Assembly (NCBI GenBank): GCA_002269645.1
Contig: NIVC01002497.1
Location: forward strand, 62,001 to 126,000
Length of the DNA stretch: 64,000 bases
Reading direction: 5' to 3'
Source: Macrostomum lignano
Lineage: Eukaryota
The position numbers and the translations under genes were made by a program. Each line of letters opens with the position of its first letter. Position 1 is the first letter of the stretch. The notes beneath the pieces are model-generated. The model worked only from the letters and a program-made list of their open reading frames with translations. It was not told the origin of the DNA and searched no databases. Shown one piece after another: positions 1 through 12,082 of this stretch.

Positions 1-837
1 GTAAAACACAGGAACAAGCTAATAAAATAAAGCAGAATATAAAAGTGTGAAATATTATTAAATAAGCATTTAAAAGTTTAAATATGTATTTTAAAGGTTG
101 CTAATGCAATTTTCACGCCGATTATACGTAACTTTTAAATACGTTTTTTGCTCTTAGTTATCTTAACTTACTAACAACCGAGGTCAGGGACGGACAGTAT
201 GCATGAGCATGTATCACAGCTGCTAAATCTGAAATCAATACCTTATCGCTCAAGTCACACGGTCTTTCTCAGTAATCAGTGTAGTCTCAAGTTTAGCTGA
301 AGGTATTCTTGTAATACCGCTGGTTCAAAATTGCTGGATTATTAATACTTTTCTTGTTATTTTTAATTGTTAATTCTGCTACTCAGCTAATATTATTGGC
401 ATTGCTAGACCTACTACATCCCTAGGCTAGATAATATACATAGCTTTTAACTTGTCTCGAACATATGGATAGATGTCTATAACATATATTGTCTAAAAAT
501 ATGATTTGATTTTCAGATTACTTTTAGACCCTAAACCTATTTATAAATTTACACATTTCCTTATAAAAAATGAGGCATTTCATATTCTCAAAGTCGGTGT
601 TTTTCAAATAAAAAATTGTATGCAACAGGGTCTGAGGCACCCCTGTACTATATTATATAAATTGGCCTGCATCCTGCAATGAAGTTTTTTGCATATAATA
701 TATATAGTTTATGCATTCTTTAGCTATGATTATTATTCTGTTATTCTGGCCTGAGTGGTATAATGGCTTACTGGTATATGTATTGCATGTACTTCCAATC
801 CTGGGTGTTACCAAGATTAGAAGGTCACAGCCTCCAG

Positions 838-1417
838 CAGGGGTGTAGGGGGGGCCTAGCCAGGAATTTCTTATAGGGGGGATGCAAGGATATGAATGAG
901 TAAAGCTGCTGCTACTTGTACAGCTTGCTGGCCCAATGACAGTTCACAAGAAAAATCAAATATGTAGATGATAGGTAGCTATGAATGGCCAGTCAAGTTT
1001 CTAATTCAATGAAAATCGCACAATTTAGTGAAAAAATGGAAAAAATTCTTTCTACTGAATGCTTGAGTAAATGAAAATCATTTTTTACTTGCTGCCCTAG
1101 CATGCACTATGCTTTCCAATGTATCAATTTTGCTTTTCAACAATATTTTGCTTTCTAATCAATGTAGCACCAATATATTTTAGAGCTATAGAGCAATATG
1201 CAAAATAAAAACAATAAACTGGTAGTCTGACATAGTTAAGAGTTCACAATTACAATTACAACAGCCGCAGGCAATAACACGAATAACACTAACAGTACAG
1301 TAATCATATCAGTATCAGTATTGAATACAAACCTTAGAGATTTAGTAATTTCTTACACCTACCAACTAGGCCCATGGGGGGGATACATCCCCATATCCCC
1401 CCCTGCCTATGCCACTG
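838..1417. mobile_element. hAT-type non-autonomous DNA transposon (MITE), 580 bp
   Basis: Termini CAGGGGTGTAG (838) and CTATGCCACTG (1417; reverse complement CAGTGGCATAG). Perfect 8-bp TSD GCCTCCAG at 830-837 and 1418-1425. An 8-bp TSD with CAG-starting TIRs is typical of hAT. Confidence 0.8.
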
Positions 1418-2949
1418 GCCTCCAGTTATTCTTTCATGTATCAATTTAGGATCTACTTCATAGTCTCTTACTACTTCCACTTTTTAGTAGTATATACTAT
1501 ATGTGTTCTCTGCCATTTCACTTTTCTTTTGCAAATGAATAACTTGGAAAACAATCTTCAATAACATTTACTTGGAACTCTTACTATTTGATATTGGCTT
1601 TCTTTCTTAAGGAACCACGATGCATGAAGTTGGTCTCTTCTCTGCCAAAAATGCTTCTATTTATACTAAAATTTATTGCTAGTTTAAACAAAAATTAGTT
1701 CATGTAAAATATTATGAGAAATATATGTATTATAACAAATGTGTTTTCCTAGATTTGGCACGCATTCAAAATGAGTTATATGATTATCAATTTTGTAAAA
1801 GAATTAGGAAGGGCCTTGCTCAATATGTGTTTGAATATTCTAGGACTAATTCAAAATGATCCCCATTAAAGTAAAACAAAAAAAGCAGTTTTTTCTAAAT
1901 ATTAACCTTTAAATAGATTTGTTTAAATATATAAAATATAATATTAACAAAATAATTACAAATTGATATTATAAAGCACCTCCTGTTACTAAACTGACTA
2001 ACTCACCTTTACTCACTAAATCTATTTTTCATAGAAGATGAAGTATGTCTATCATATCATAGAAGCAACTTGTCATTAAAATGACTTTGTCATCAAAACA
2101 TTTATTACCAAAATGACTTGCACCTAAGTGTATAGGTTAAAATTTAGAAAGATCATAACCCTTAAATAGTAAATAAACAAAATTAAATAAAACAATCTTT
2201 ATAACCATTTTAAAAAAGCTGTGACAAAGTTTATTTTATAATATAGACTATTGGTGTTATAAGGCTATAAAAGACTAATACCCAGTGCGTAGGACAATAC
2301 AATCAACAACAAAAACTAACAAGAAGCCAAATTTTAATAGATGCACTTTTGAAAACAAATAAGCTAATAGGGGAAATCAATACAAAAATATAAAGAATCA
2401 TTAGACCAAAATAATATATGCTTAAATATTAATTCTAAAAGAAATCCTAAATGTAAAATTATAAATTTGCAATAATAAGAGCAACAATATTACATCTAGT
2501 CTATTATCTATATTCATAAATAAAGAGCCTATTAAACTTTGGCATATAGCATTTATTTAGGCCAAAATTATATATATCATGCATATTTGATATTATATTA
2601 TATTTAGAAAGACTTGCAACATAGCTTTGATTTATATATACTATAGTTTTATTTTTATTTTTCTTTGAAAGCTAACTATTTAATTTTCCTACTCTTTTGT
2701 TTTTTGTTTTCTTGATTGCTATATATATGCTTTTTCTTATGTATCCTTTATTTTTGGTATTTAGTTGATTGATTGGTTTTGCAACATACCTGTCTTGGCC
2801 ACTTTGTTACCTGGCTAGATTGGCTAGATATTGGGCTTAATGTTCTTAGGATAAGGACTTATATATTTAATTTATTAATGATACATTATAGAACTAATAA
2901 ATCAATAGAATAGTATGCCTACTATTAGTCAAACTACTAAACAATAAGA

Positions 2950-3750
2950 ATATAAGATTAAGGAACAAAATGGGTAAAACAGATAGCCAATCAAGCTTGG
3001 ACATATATAACTAAGATAGAAAAATTGAGAAACAGGTTAATGGTAAGTTGGTATATATGAATATATATGGCCAATATATGACCAACAATGCTTATAATTA
3101 AGTAAATCTAGTTGCTTTTGTTTTTAAGTCACATTGGCTATATATTACCAATTAGCAATTTAAAGCCATTAAATATATTTCCCAAAGAGGTTATGCTTTT
3201 CCAAATGTCTATTTCTTTCATTGATCTATTTGAATTGCCTATTCTATCAAAGTGGGCTTTTGTAGACTATACCTTGTATAAACAGTCAGAAAGGGTTGAT
3301 GCAGGTATATGGGAAAAAGAAGTTGGTATAAACAAATAGGCTTGGGGGTAAGAGTATAGTGATAAGCTTATCCAACTAAGAGCTAGATCTAGAGATTACT
3401 AATTAGTATAGTTCTATATTATGGGCTATTTGTATCATCAAAAAGCCTATAATTATGCTAGATAAGATAGATGCCATTTGCCTAATTATTCCAAAAGGGT
3501 CACTGACTAGAGTTTATTTGGCTAATGGCTAATGGTTTATAAATGAATGTCCTATAAAGAATGAAATTTAAAGAGTATTTCCCTGGTGCAATAAGTTATT
3601 AGACTATAAAGATAATATACTCAATAGAACTGAGAGATATACAAATCAATGTAGATAAACTATAGGCCCTAACAGGTTTTTTCTATTATCTTCTGCTAAC
3701 ATGCCACAAAAACTTTCTAACATATTGGCCTCCAAAAGCCCTACTATGAG
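2950..3750 (-). pseudogene. Highly decayed non-LTR retrotransposon reverse transcriptase (CR1/L2-like)
   Basis: Manual minus-strand translation gives stop-riddled remnants in RT order: FIYIDL..QFY*V (YxDxxKAFDxV-like), GKWHLSYL (WxxSYL-like), TILLPPSLFVYTN (GSxLSPxLF-like), SLGNIFNGFKL and KNKSN*IYLI. Very degenerate. Confidence 0.35.
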
Positions 3751-4733
3751 TATAGGGCTCGCATCTTAGAATTTGCTATACTAAAATTATTCAAAGGCAG
3801 TATATTTTATAGTCAATTAGAATGAATAAATAAAATGTAGGGCAATGCCTAGTTTGAGTGAGGTAGGATTATTGCTCATTGTTAGGCAATGATACCACCT
3901 CCCCAAGGCATTTATTGTGAGTCTATTATATTACACATTTGTAGGCTACTGGCTTGGCCCTCAAACTTCAGCTTTGCTATTTGTCCTTTAGTCTAGAGCT
4001 AGTCTATCATTCACCATTAACTCCCAGATCCTCAGTTGCGGGGCCACTGCCTTCCATAATATTATTCATTTTTGGGCTTCAATATAGAAGCATTGTATAT
4101 GACCTTAGCAGACAGTTATGTTGTATATTTGTTTCTTGTTGTTCATTCAAGTGCTAAATTTTAGTCGTTTAAAATTCTAATATAAGCACTAGTTTTGGTT
4201 TCAGTTAGTATCATTGAATTATTTTAGAGCTCAGCTTAGCTATTCACTATATACTACTACTGTTGGTAGGCAGAGTGATTTGGTCGATAGTGGTTAGTGC
4301 CAGACGAATAAAAATGGCTTACCTTTAACCTTTATAATGACGCAGCTTAATAGTTTCATATTTAATATTGCATGGTGCTATTGGAGTTAGTTACAATTCG
4401 CATTAAGACTGGTGTCTCTTCTGTTCAGGTTCCGCAAACCTTGATTGTGCTCTCGGCTAAAGAGGTGTGATTCTGATCCCATCACGACGTGCTATAGACC
4501 TCAATCAAGGCTCATCGTAAGTCTGCAATGTTTAAACCTATCATTCCTCTATAAAAATTCTTGCGTTGGAAACTGATTGTTAGGATTGCTTATCTTCAAG
4601 CCTTTAAAAGAAATATTTGTTTTAGTTTTGCTTTTCATTCTCACTAATTTTAGTAAAGCACATTCAGAATTTAGTCCACTTTTATTAAGGCCAAGACCAG
4701 CCTTTTCAGTTCTAAAGCTGGTCTGCAGCCCCT

Positions 4734-5400
4734 CCCCCCTCCTAGATCATCACTTGCTGTGTCACCGCCCTCCCAGATCATCAGTTGCTGTGTCATCGCC
4801 CTCCCAGATCATCAGTTGCTGTGTCATCGCCCTCCCAGATCATCAGTTGCTGGGTCACTGTTTCCCTCCCAAATCCTCAGACTGGGTCACTGTTTCCCTC
4901 CCAGATCCTCAGACTTGGTCACCGTTTCCCTCCCAAATCCTCAGACTTGGTCACCGTTTCCCTCCCAAATCCTCAGACTGGGTCACTGTTTCCCTCCCAA
5001 ATCCTCAGACTTGGTCACCGTTTCCCTCCCAAATCCTCAGACTTGGTCACTGTTTCCCTCCCAAATCCTCAGACTGGGTCACCGTTTCCCTCCCAGATCC
5101 TCAGACTGGGTCACTGTTTCCCTCCCAGATCCTCAGACTGGGTCACTGTTTCCCTCCCAGATCTAGCTCAGATTGGGTCACCGTTTCCCTCCCAGATCCT
5201 CAGACTGGGTCACTGTTTCCCTCCCAGATCCTCAGACTGTGTCACTGTTTCCCTCCCAGATCCTCAGACTGGGTCACCGTTTCCCTCCCAGATCCTCAGA
5301 CTGGATCACACTGTTTCCCTCCCAAATCCTCAGACTGGGTCACCGTTTCCCTCCCAAATCCTCAGACTGGGTCACCGTTTCCCTCCCAGATCCTCAGTTG
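4734..5400. repeat. Minisatellite, ~32-bp unit CCCTCCCAGATCCTCAGACTGGGTCACTGTTT
   Basis: Tandem copies visible; they explain the repetitive ORFs at 4577-5519. Confidence 0.95.
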
Positions 5401-5548
5401 CGGGGCCACTGCCCTGCCCTTCCATAATATTTGTTTTTGGGCTTAATTATAGAAGCAATTATATGAATGCAATTACAAACCAGCCCAGAGCGGTGTCAGG
5501 CCACAAACAAGGAAGCTGAAAAATTTAATTGCAGCAATCCGGAACGCC

Positions 5549-8500
5549 ATGCACCAGTCTCATTTGCCGCACTCGCTGCTCGGTTATCCAGCTGACGCCG
5601 CCTATTATCCGCAGCACTACATGCCGGCCGCCAGTCACTATCAGCACCCGGGCAGTCAGGTTCGTTAAACTTGCGCTATTTTTACTTGGATGTGGCAGAA
5701 AATTAATTCCGTGTTCGCCGCTTACTACTCGTACCTTATTTTTGCATTTGTCTCACGCGGTGTCGTTTTATTGTTTTGCAGGATTTGTTTTGTATTTATT
5801 ACCGTATCTCTGCTTGCAGCTTTACTGGTTTTTTTCAACTCTCCCTATTCTCCCCCATTCTCTGTCTTCCAGCATTATGCCGCTGAACCAGTGGTCGCAA
5901 ATTCACTATAGGCTGAGACTGGCTGTTATACTTTTATAAGAACAAGCCGCCCCCTAACCCCTGTCATTTTCCCTTTCCCTACTAGCTCCTCATTGCTAGT
6001 CCAAACACACTCATCTTTTTTAACTATAGAGCCGGGTTCCTATTCCCTTTGGTCCGCCTCCTCGTCCTCCCTCCTTTCAGCAGTTCACATTATGCACACA
6101 ATATGTATGGACCGGCTCTTGCTGTTGAAAATAGCTTTGCCTATCCGCCTGTCTGCCCCCGTCCTTGAATTTCTCTACCCCCCCCCTCCTCCCCGCTAGC
6201 CGCCTCTCGCCGTCGTTCCTCACGATGTACGACGCGGTGTGCGCACAGTTGCAATCATCGGCGAGGGGAAGGCGAGACTCTTACTACTGTGTGGATACGC
6301 CCCTTCCCAGCCCATTTTTTGGTCGCCACCGCAACCCCAGCCGCTTATCGTATCAGTTGCATCGCCATTTCTCCCCACCTCCGCCTTACTTCACCCCGGC
6401 AACAACCCTGAAGCCTCTCCAAGCTGCGTACAGTAGGGGGAGGGGATATAGGCTGCGCACTATGAGGGATATACTGCAAGGGGGTAAGGGCAGGAGGACG
6501 AGAGTAGAAGCTCTTGTGTGTCGCCTTGCGCTCCTTTATGCACACCTCTATCCCCCCCCCCTAGCAGCAGGGCATTACGTTTATTCGGCTGCTTGCAGCT
6601 CGACCCCGCCTCCTCTCTAGCCCTGCTTCCAACCGACCGCTGGCACTGGCCCTCCCTCGTCCTACTCTCTACTTATATTGGCATCGGTTCTGCTGGGTGT
6701 GCCGCAAATAGTTGTGGCTATCCCTCACTCCCTCAGTCCTAGCTGTGCTTCGCGCGTGCATGCCCTGTGCAACCGAACGGCGTCCGCGTCGGGACTGCCC
6801 GCCTTGACTTGGCCCCGGCCAGTATTTGCCACGCTAGGCTAGAGCACCCCTCGGGCTCCCCTCCTCTATTTCTGTTCCCCTGCTTCACTCTGCTCAAAGA
6901 TTTCCATAGCCCATATTTTTTGAACCAAATACGCGCCACGATTCAGCCACTGCCGATCCCCTCTGCCGGCGCCGAGAGGACAGAAGGCTTTGCCGGTTGG
7001 GGGCTGCAATCGAGTTGAATTTTTATTTTATATTAAACTGAACGAAAGCGAAATTGGAGCAAAGCGCGCGTTTGTACTCTACGACAGGCTCACGTTTTTG
7101 CACGGTGGATTCGTCGGCACCCCTGGCGCGTTTCCTTCCCCTTCCCTTACTGCTCTCAAGGTCTGGCTGGCTACCCACGCTCAGGTGTCCCCGCCTGCGC
7201 CTATATAATTTCTTTGCTTTATTTGAAGACGAAATCCTACCGCTAGCCAATTGTCTTGGTCTATCGCCACTTCCGGTTGCAACTGTTGCAGCCGTATCTG
7301 CACAGCCTTTGTCGGATTCATTAGCGTCGAACGCTTCCCTTACGTGTCGCCAAGGGGTATTATTCTTTCCCAGCTGCCCGTTCCGCCTCGGAGGCCTCAA
7401 TGGCGTCGTCGTTAGTCCTGCCGCATAGTCTAAATCCCGGTGATATTTACTACTTGGCTGACAACAGCATGATACTGTGCGTGTCCCAGAGTCCGAATTC
7501 TGGTGCCGGCGATGCCGCAGCCACCGCCGCCGCAGCAGCAGCCGCCGCAGCCTCTGCCGGACATCATCAGCAGCAGCATCACTATAAGTCCCAGTCCGTA
7601 TCAGGCACGCCAGCGACTCCGCTCGGAATGTGGGCCGCTCACTCAGTGCAAATGGCGCCGGCCACAGATTTAAGCGGCTATTTTCCTAACGATTATAGCG
7701 GCGTCGGGCATCACGGCACTGCTGTTACTATGGCAACATTGCAGCCCGGTTTAGAGTCGGCTGCAGCTTTGCACCAGGTCAGGCTGGAGTCAGGCGGTGT
7801 AGTGTAGAGGAACCCTGTAAATGTAATATTAGGCTGAGTAGCCTTTGAGATGTAAGTTGAAATGTAGGTGCCCATTTCTGTCAACTATGTAAGTTTATAT
7901 AAAATCTCCTATACTCAAAGCTATTTGTTTTCAGAAACTAGAAGTTTTTTCTGCTCACTTACTGTTTTACAGTATCGATTTTTGCAGTTGATATTGAGCA
8001 CTATAATTGCATATTTAACGCATCAAATGTTTGTTTTTCACTACATTTCAGGTGCCGCTATTCAGCAATGGCTACATGTTTCAGCAGCAGCCGTACATGA
8101 TGTCAATACAGGACCAAGACTCGCTGCTGTTTTCAATGCAGCAAGACTCTATGGATCAACAGCAGCAGCAGCAGCACTATGCGTATCCTTATGGTTATCC
8201 GCAGCACACCGCAGTGCTGCCGACGCACCAGTCTGCTGCTTACGGTGTGTACGCCTCCCAGCATCAGCAGCATCTGTCGCAGCAGAGCCCGCCTGGTGGC
8301 ATTGATAGCGCCTATCCCAATGCGACATCTTCGGCTGCGGCTTACATGACACAGGCGGCTCATCACGATGGCCAGCCGCAACAGGAGCAGCAGCAGCGGC
8401 AGTCTCCTATTGAATCGTCCGACGGCCAACCAGATCAGCAGCAGCAGCAACAGTCGCAGCAGCGTAGACCCAAGCAGCACAATACTAACCAAGCTTTGGA

Positions 8501-11500
8501 GCAGATTAGCAAGCTGATGCTGAAGCTGGGTGATGAAGAGAAAATTTCGCCCGAAGAGCGGCAGGATCGGATTAGGCGGTACACGGATATTGCGCTCACC
8601 ATACCAGTTGTTTGGAGTTACGTCTGCCAGCTATCAGAGCTGAATCACGAGGCCGAATTAGGCAAGGTATACGAGTTTTTGCACCACCTGGCCCAGTGCA
8701 GTGTCTCCGCCGATGAATGGAAGCAGGCGGTCAACGAGAAGTCCTGCGTGTTTAGCGTTGTCGATGGCAAATTGAAGCAAAAGGTGAAGATTTATTATTG
8801 TGCTCTAGTTTATAAATTGATTTATTATTTACTAATGAAGGCAAATTCTTGTGCTGCATTCTGTATGCCAATCAAAGGGTTAAAGCAGCAGTGAAGGTGC
8901 TTGGCAGTTTAACCGCTGCCCTAGATCTGGCTTAGTAACTTATTGAAAGTGCATGATCGTCGGTCGTGTTAGCTAGGGGCCGAAATTGTTGGCTTGTTAG
9001 CTAAATAGCTCACACTGGGCCTGATGCTAGCAATTTTCTAATTGTGATGACGCTCATTGAATCTCCGGGGCCGACAGCCAGCTGTGTCCGGCAACGGGAA
9101 CTTCCCCAGTTGCAGTCTAGTTTTCTGTCCCGGATTTTAGTCCACTGCCTTTTAGTCTAGCTTCTTTTAGTAGATAATACAGTAGAAATAATAGCCTCAT
9201 CATTATGGCTAAACGCGGATCCGCAGACACCAGCGCTTGTTCAGACCTTGACGGGTAAATATAAGGAAGGAAGGGAGGGAGGAAGGGAGGGAAGAAGGAA
9301 GGAAGGGAGGGAGGAAGGGAGGGAAGAAGGAAGGAAGGGAGGGAGGGAGGAAGGGAAGGGAATAAAAGGAGGGAATTAAGGAAAGGAAAGAAGGGAAGGG
9401 AGGCAAGGAGGGAAGTAAGGAAAGGAAAGAAGGGAAGGGAGGCAGGAAAGAAAGGAAGGGAGGCAGGAAAGAAAGGAAGGGAGGCAGGAAAGAAAGGAAG
9501 GGAGGCAGGAAAGAAAGGAAGGGAGGCAGGAAAGAAAGGAAGGGAGGCAGGAAAGAAAGGAAGGGAGGCAGGAAAAAAAGGAAGGGAGGCAGGAAGGAAA
9601 GGAAGGGAGGCAGGAAGGAAAGGAAGGGAGGCAGGAAGGAAAGGAAGGGAGGCAGGAAGGAAAGGACGGGAGGCAGGCAGGAAAGGAAGGGAGGCAGGAA
9701 GGCTCTTAATCACAAGCGGTAGCCGATTAAGCCGGCTTCTCTATCGGATCCCACTGCTGGACTGACAATAAGAGAACAATCATCGAAAACCGGAATGGAA
9801 TGCACAATGCAGTGATTGGACACTTTTTGGAACCGCCTTTATCAAGAAAGCATGCTGGTGTCGCTCTTCAAACTGTTGGCATGTGTTGCGTCATTTTTCA
9901 TATTCTCTTTGCTAAAACAAATTATTATTATTCTTCCTTTTCAAAACGTGCTAAAGTCTCAAGCGGCCATCGCTTCCATTTGAGAGCCTTAAAGTTCACA
10001 TGAAATCCCATCTTCTCCCTATTGGCGGAGAATGGTCAATGAAGGCTAAGTTCACATCCTCTTTGTGATTGGGATCGACATCAGCACTGAATCAAATTGA
10101 TTTTTTAAATCATCATCAAATGCTATCTTTTGACTGCCTTTGCTAGGCTATTTATATACTGTGCCTATATGCTCAAGAAATATGAGAGCTCTCAAAGCTG
10201 CTCAAACTGTTTCAATAAGATTTTTTCGATTGCTTTGCCTGTTGCCATCCCTCAGGTGTGCCCGATTCTGCGCGTGCAAGGCCGCAGCCCGGAGAAAATT
10301 GAGACTCAATGCAACGACATCAAACAGAAGCCTTCTCAACGCTATAAAGTTCAGGCTAAGCACGTACTGGAACAGCTGAACGAATTCTTCTGCAGCTTCT
10401 TGCCAGCCGAACTGCCGCAGCTCACCCCGCCGGAGCAGCTAGTGGTTGACCACGCCTCCGTGCTCGTCATCTACCCGGACACGAAAAGCTTTGAGCAGGT
10501 AAACTCCATTTTGCACAAGCTGGCATTCACCAAGCTCTGCCTTGGTCCCGATGTCAACGAAGCTGCCGCCGAGACGGCCGCGAGCTCCTCCGCCGCGGAT
10601 GATCCGGTTGACGCAGCTAAGCGCAAATGGGAGTCCCAGCTGCGGCCCTGCGACTGCAAGCGCGCCCTGAGCCTGTACGCTGTGCCAGGCAAGTGGCAGG
10701 CCTATCCGCTTGTGGCCGACTCGCAGTGGGAGCTGACTAGGGCCGAAGTTGGCATGTCGACAACTCTCAGCATTAAGACCGCGATGCCGGCAGCGACTGA
10801 CGCTGCTGCCGTGGCCACTTCTGCCGGCTCCGACACCATCGGCCAGCTGTCCGACGCCGCTGCCGCCGTGGCCCTCTCGCCAGTTGCCATTCCTGTCGGC
10901 GTGCCGGCTAACGCGGAGGCCGCCGCGGCCACCGCCCACTACACTGGCTCGCCTATACTGGCGCCTCACGATGTCCCCACCTACCAGCTGTGCAGCCTAA
11001 TGGATTCTGCCGGCTCCAATCCGCCACCGCAGCAGCAGCAGCAGCCGATGCCGCCGCAGCAGCCGCCAAATCGTATCTTCAAGCACCAGCACCCGCACCA
11101 GTATCACCAGCACGGTCAGGGAGGCTATGCCCCCTACTCCATGTCGAATCGCCGGACAGAAAGGCAAACAATGCCGCCCAGATTTGCTCGGCATGTTAGC
11201 CAGAACGCCGCCTATCACGAGCACGATGGGCCTTCGGGCGGACCAGGATCTGCTTCTGCTCACCACAGCCAGGCTCACAGAGGGGCAGCCATGCCGCAGC
11301 CGCCCGCGTCGCAGCCTCCGCCGCAACATCATCACCATCACCAGGATTATCGCCAGTCTGGTCCGCCGTCCCGCTCGGCCATCGGTCGAGGAGGCGGTGG
11401 CCGCGGCTACGGCCGAGGAGGCGCCAGAGGTGGTGGTCGGGACTATCATTCCGGCCACGCGCCGCAGGGCCCGGCCGAGTTCCGCCTGAAGGAGAACGAC

Positions 11501-12082
11501 TTTCCTGAGATTTCAGCCGACGCTGCCGCTTCAGCTGGCAATAGCGGCAGCGGTGGCGGCTCAGCTAGCCAAGGCAACAATAATTCCGCGCCTACTGCGG
11601 TAGCCGCTACCTCTGCTTCATCGACGCATGCAGTCGCCGCCACGGCCGCTTCTGCCGGCGAAGCGTCGCCAGAGGCTGGCATCGGCGGCGCTAGCCCGGA
11701 ACAGTCGCAGCAGCAGGCCGCAGGCGGAGGTAACGGCACATCCTATGCCGCCGCTCTGAAGAAATCCGTGCCGCCCGGCTCGGCCAAGGTGGCTACCGTG
11801 TCCGCCGCTATGGTTTCGGCCGGCGACTCAGCCGACGTGCCGGCCTCGCCGACTTCGCCGTCTCCGGCTGTCGCCGGCGTCCGACGGGCAGTAGCCAGCG
11901 CCGCGCAGCCGGCCAGCTCGACGGAGGCCTCGTCGGATGCGTTGACCGAACGCGACTCCGGCTATCAGCGCGGGGGCAACGCCTGGAAAGCTTCGCCAGC
12001 GACCGCCGGTCAGCAGCAGCGGCCGAGTATGAACGGCACCGGCGGCCGTGCCGGCAGGAAGGCCTCGGGTAGCAACGCTTGA
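5549..12082 (+). CDS. Q/A/G-rich putative RNA-binding protein, possibly divergent La-related (LARP4-like); spliced
   Basis: Exons 5549-5659 (MHQSHLPH..., donor GTTCGT), 7374-7777, 8052-8783 and 10256-12082; the last three join in phase 0 with GT-AG. The exon1-exon2 phase is unresolved. A central globular region (IPVVWSY...VDGKLKQK|VCPILRVQG...VLVIYPD) resembles La motif + RRM topology. The C-terminal disordered region has an RGG-rich tract, FRLKENDFPEI and SYAAALKK. The family call is tentative. Confidence 0.6.
9263..9703. repeat. Polypurine repeat, (GGAA)n-like plus 17-bp GGAAGGGAGGCAGGAAA units
   Basis: Intronic purine-only tract. Confidence 0.9.

Noticed and set aside
6000-7350. GC-richer intronic stretch with several 60-150-aa ORFs
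   Set aside because: No recognisable domain, no consistent splice phases and no RNA motif; it may hide a small exon of gene 1, but this cannot be supported.
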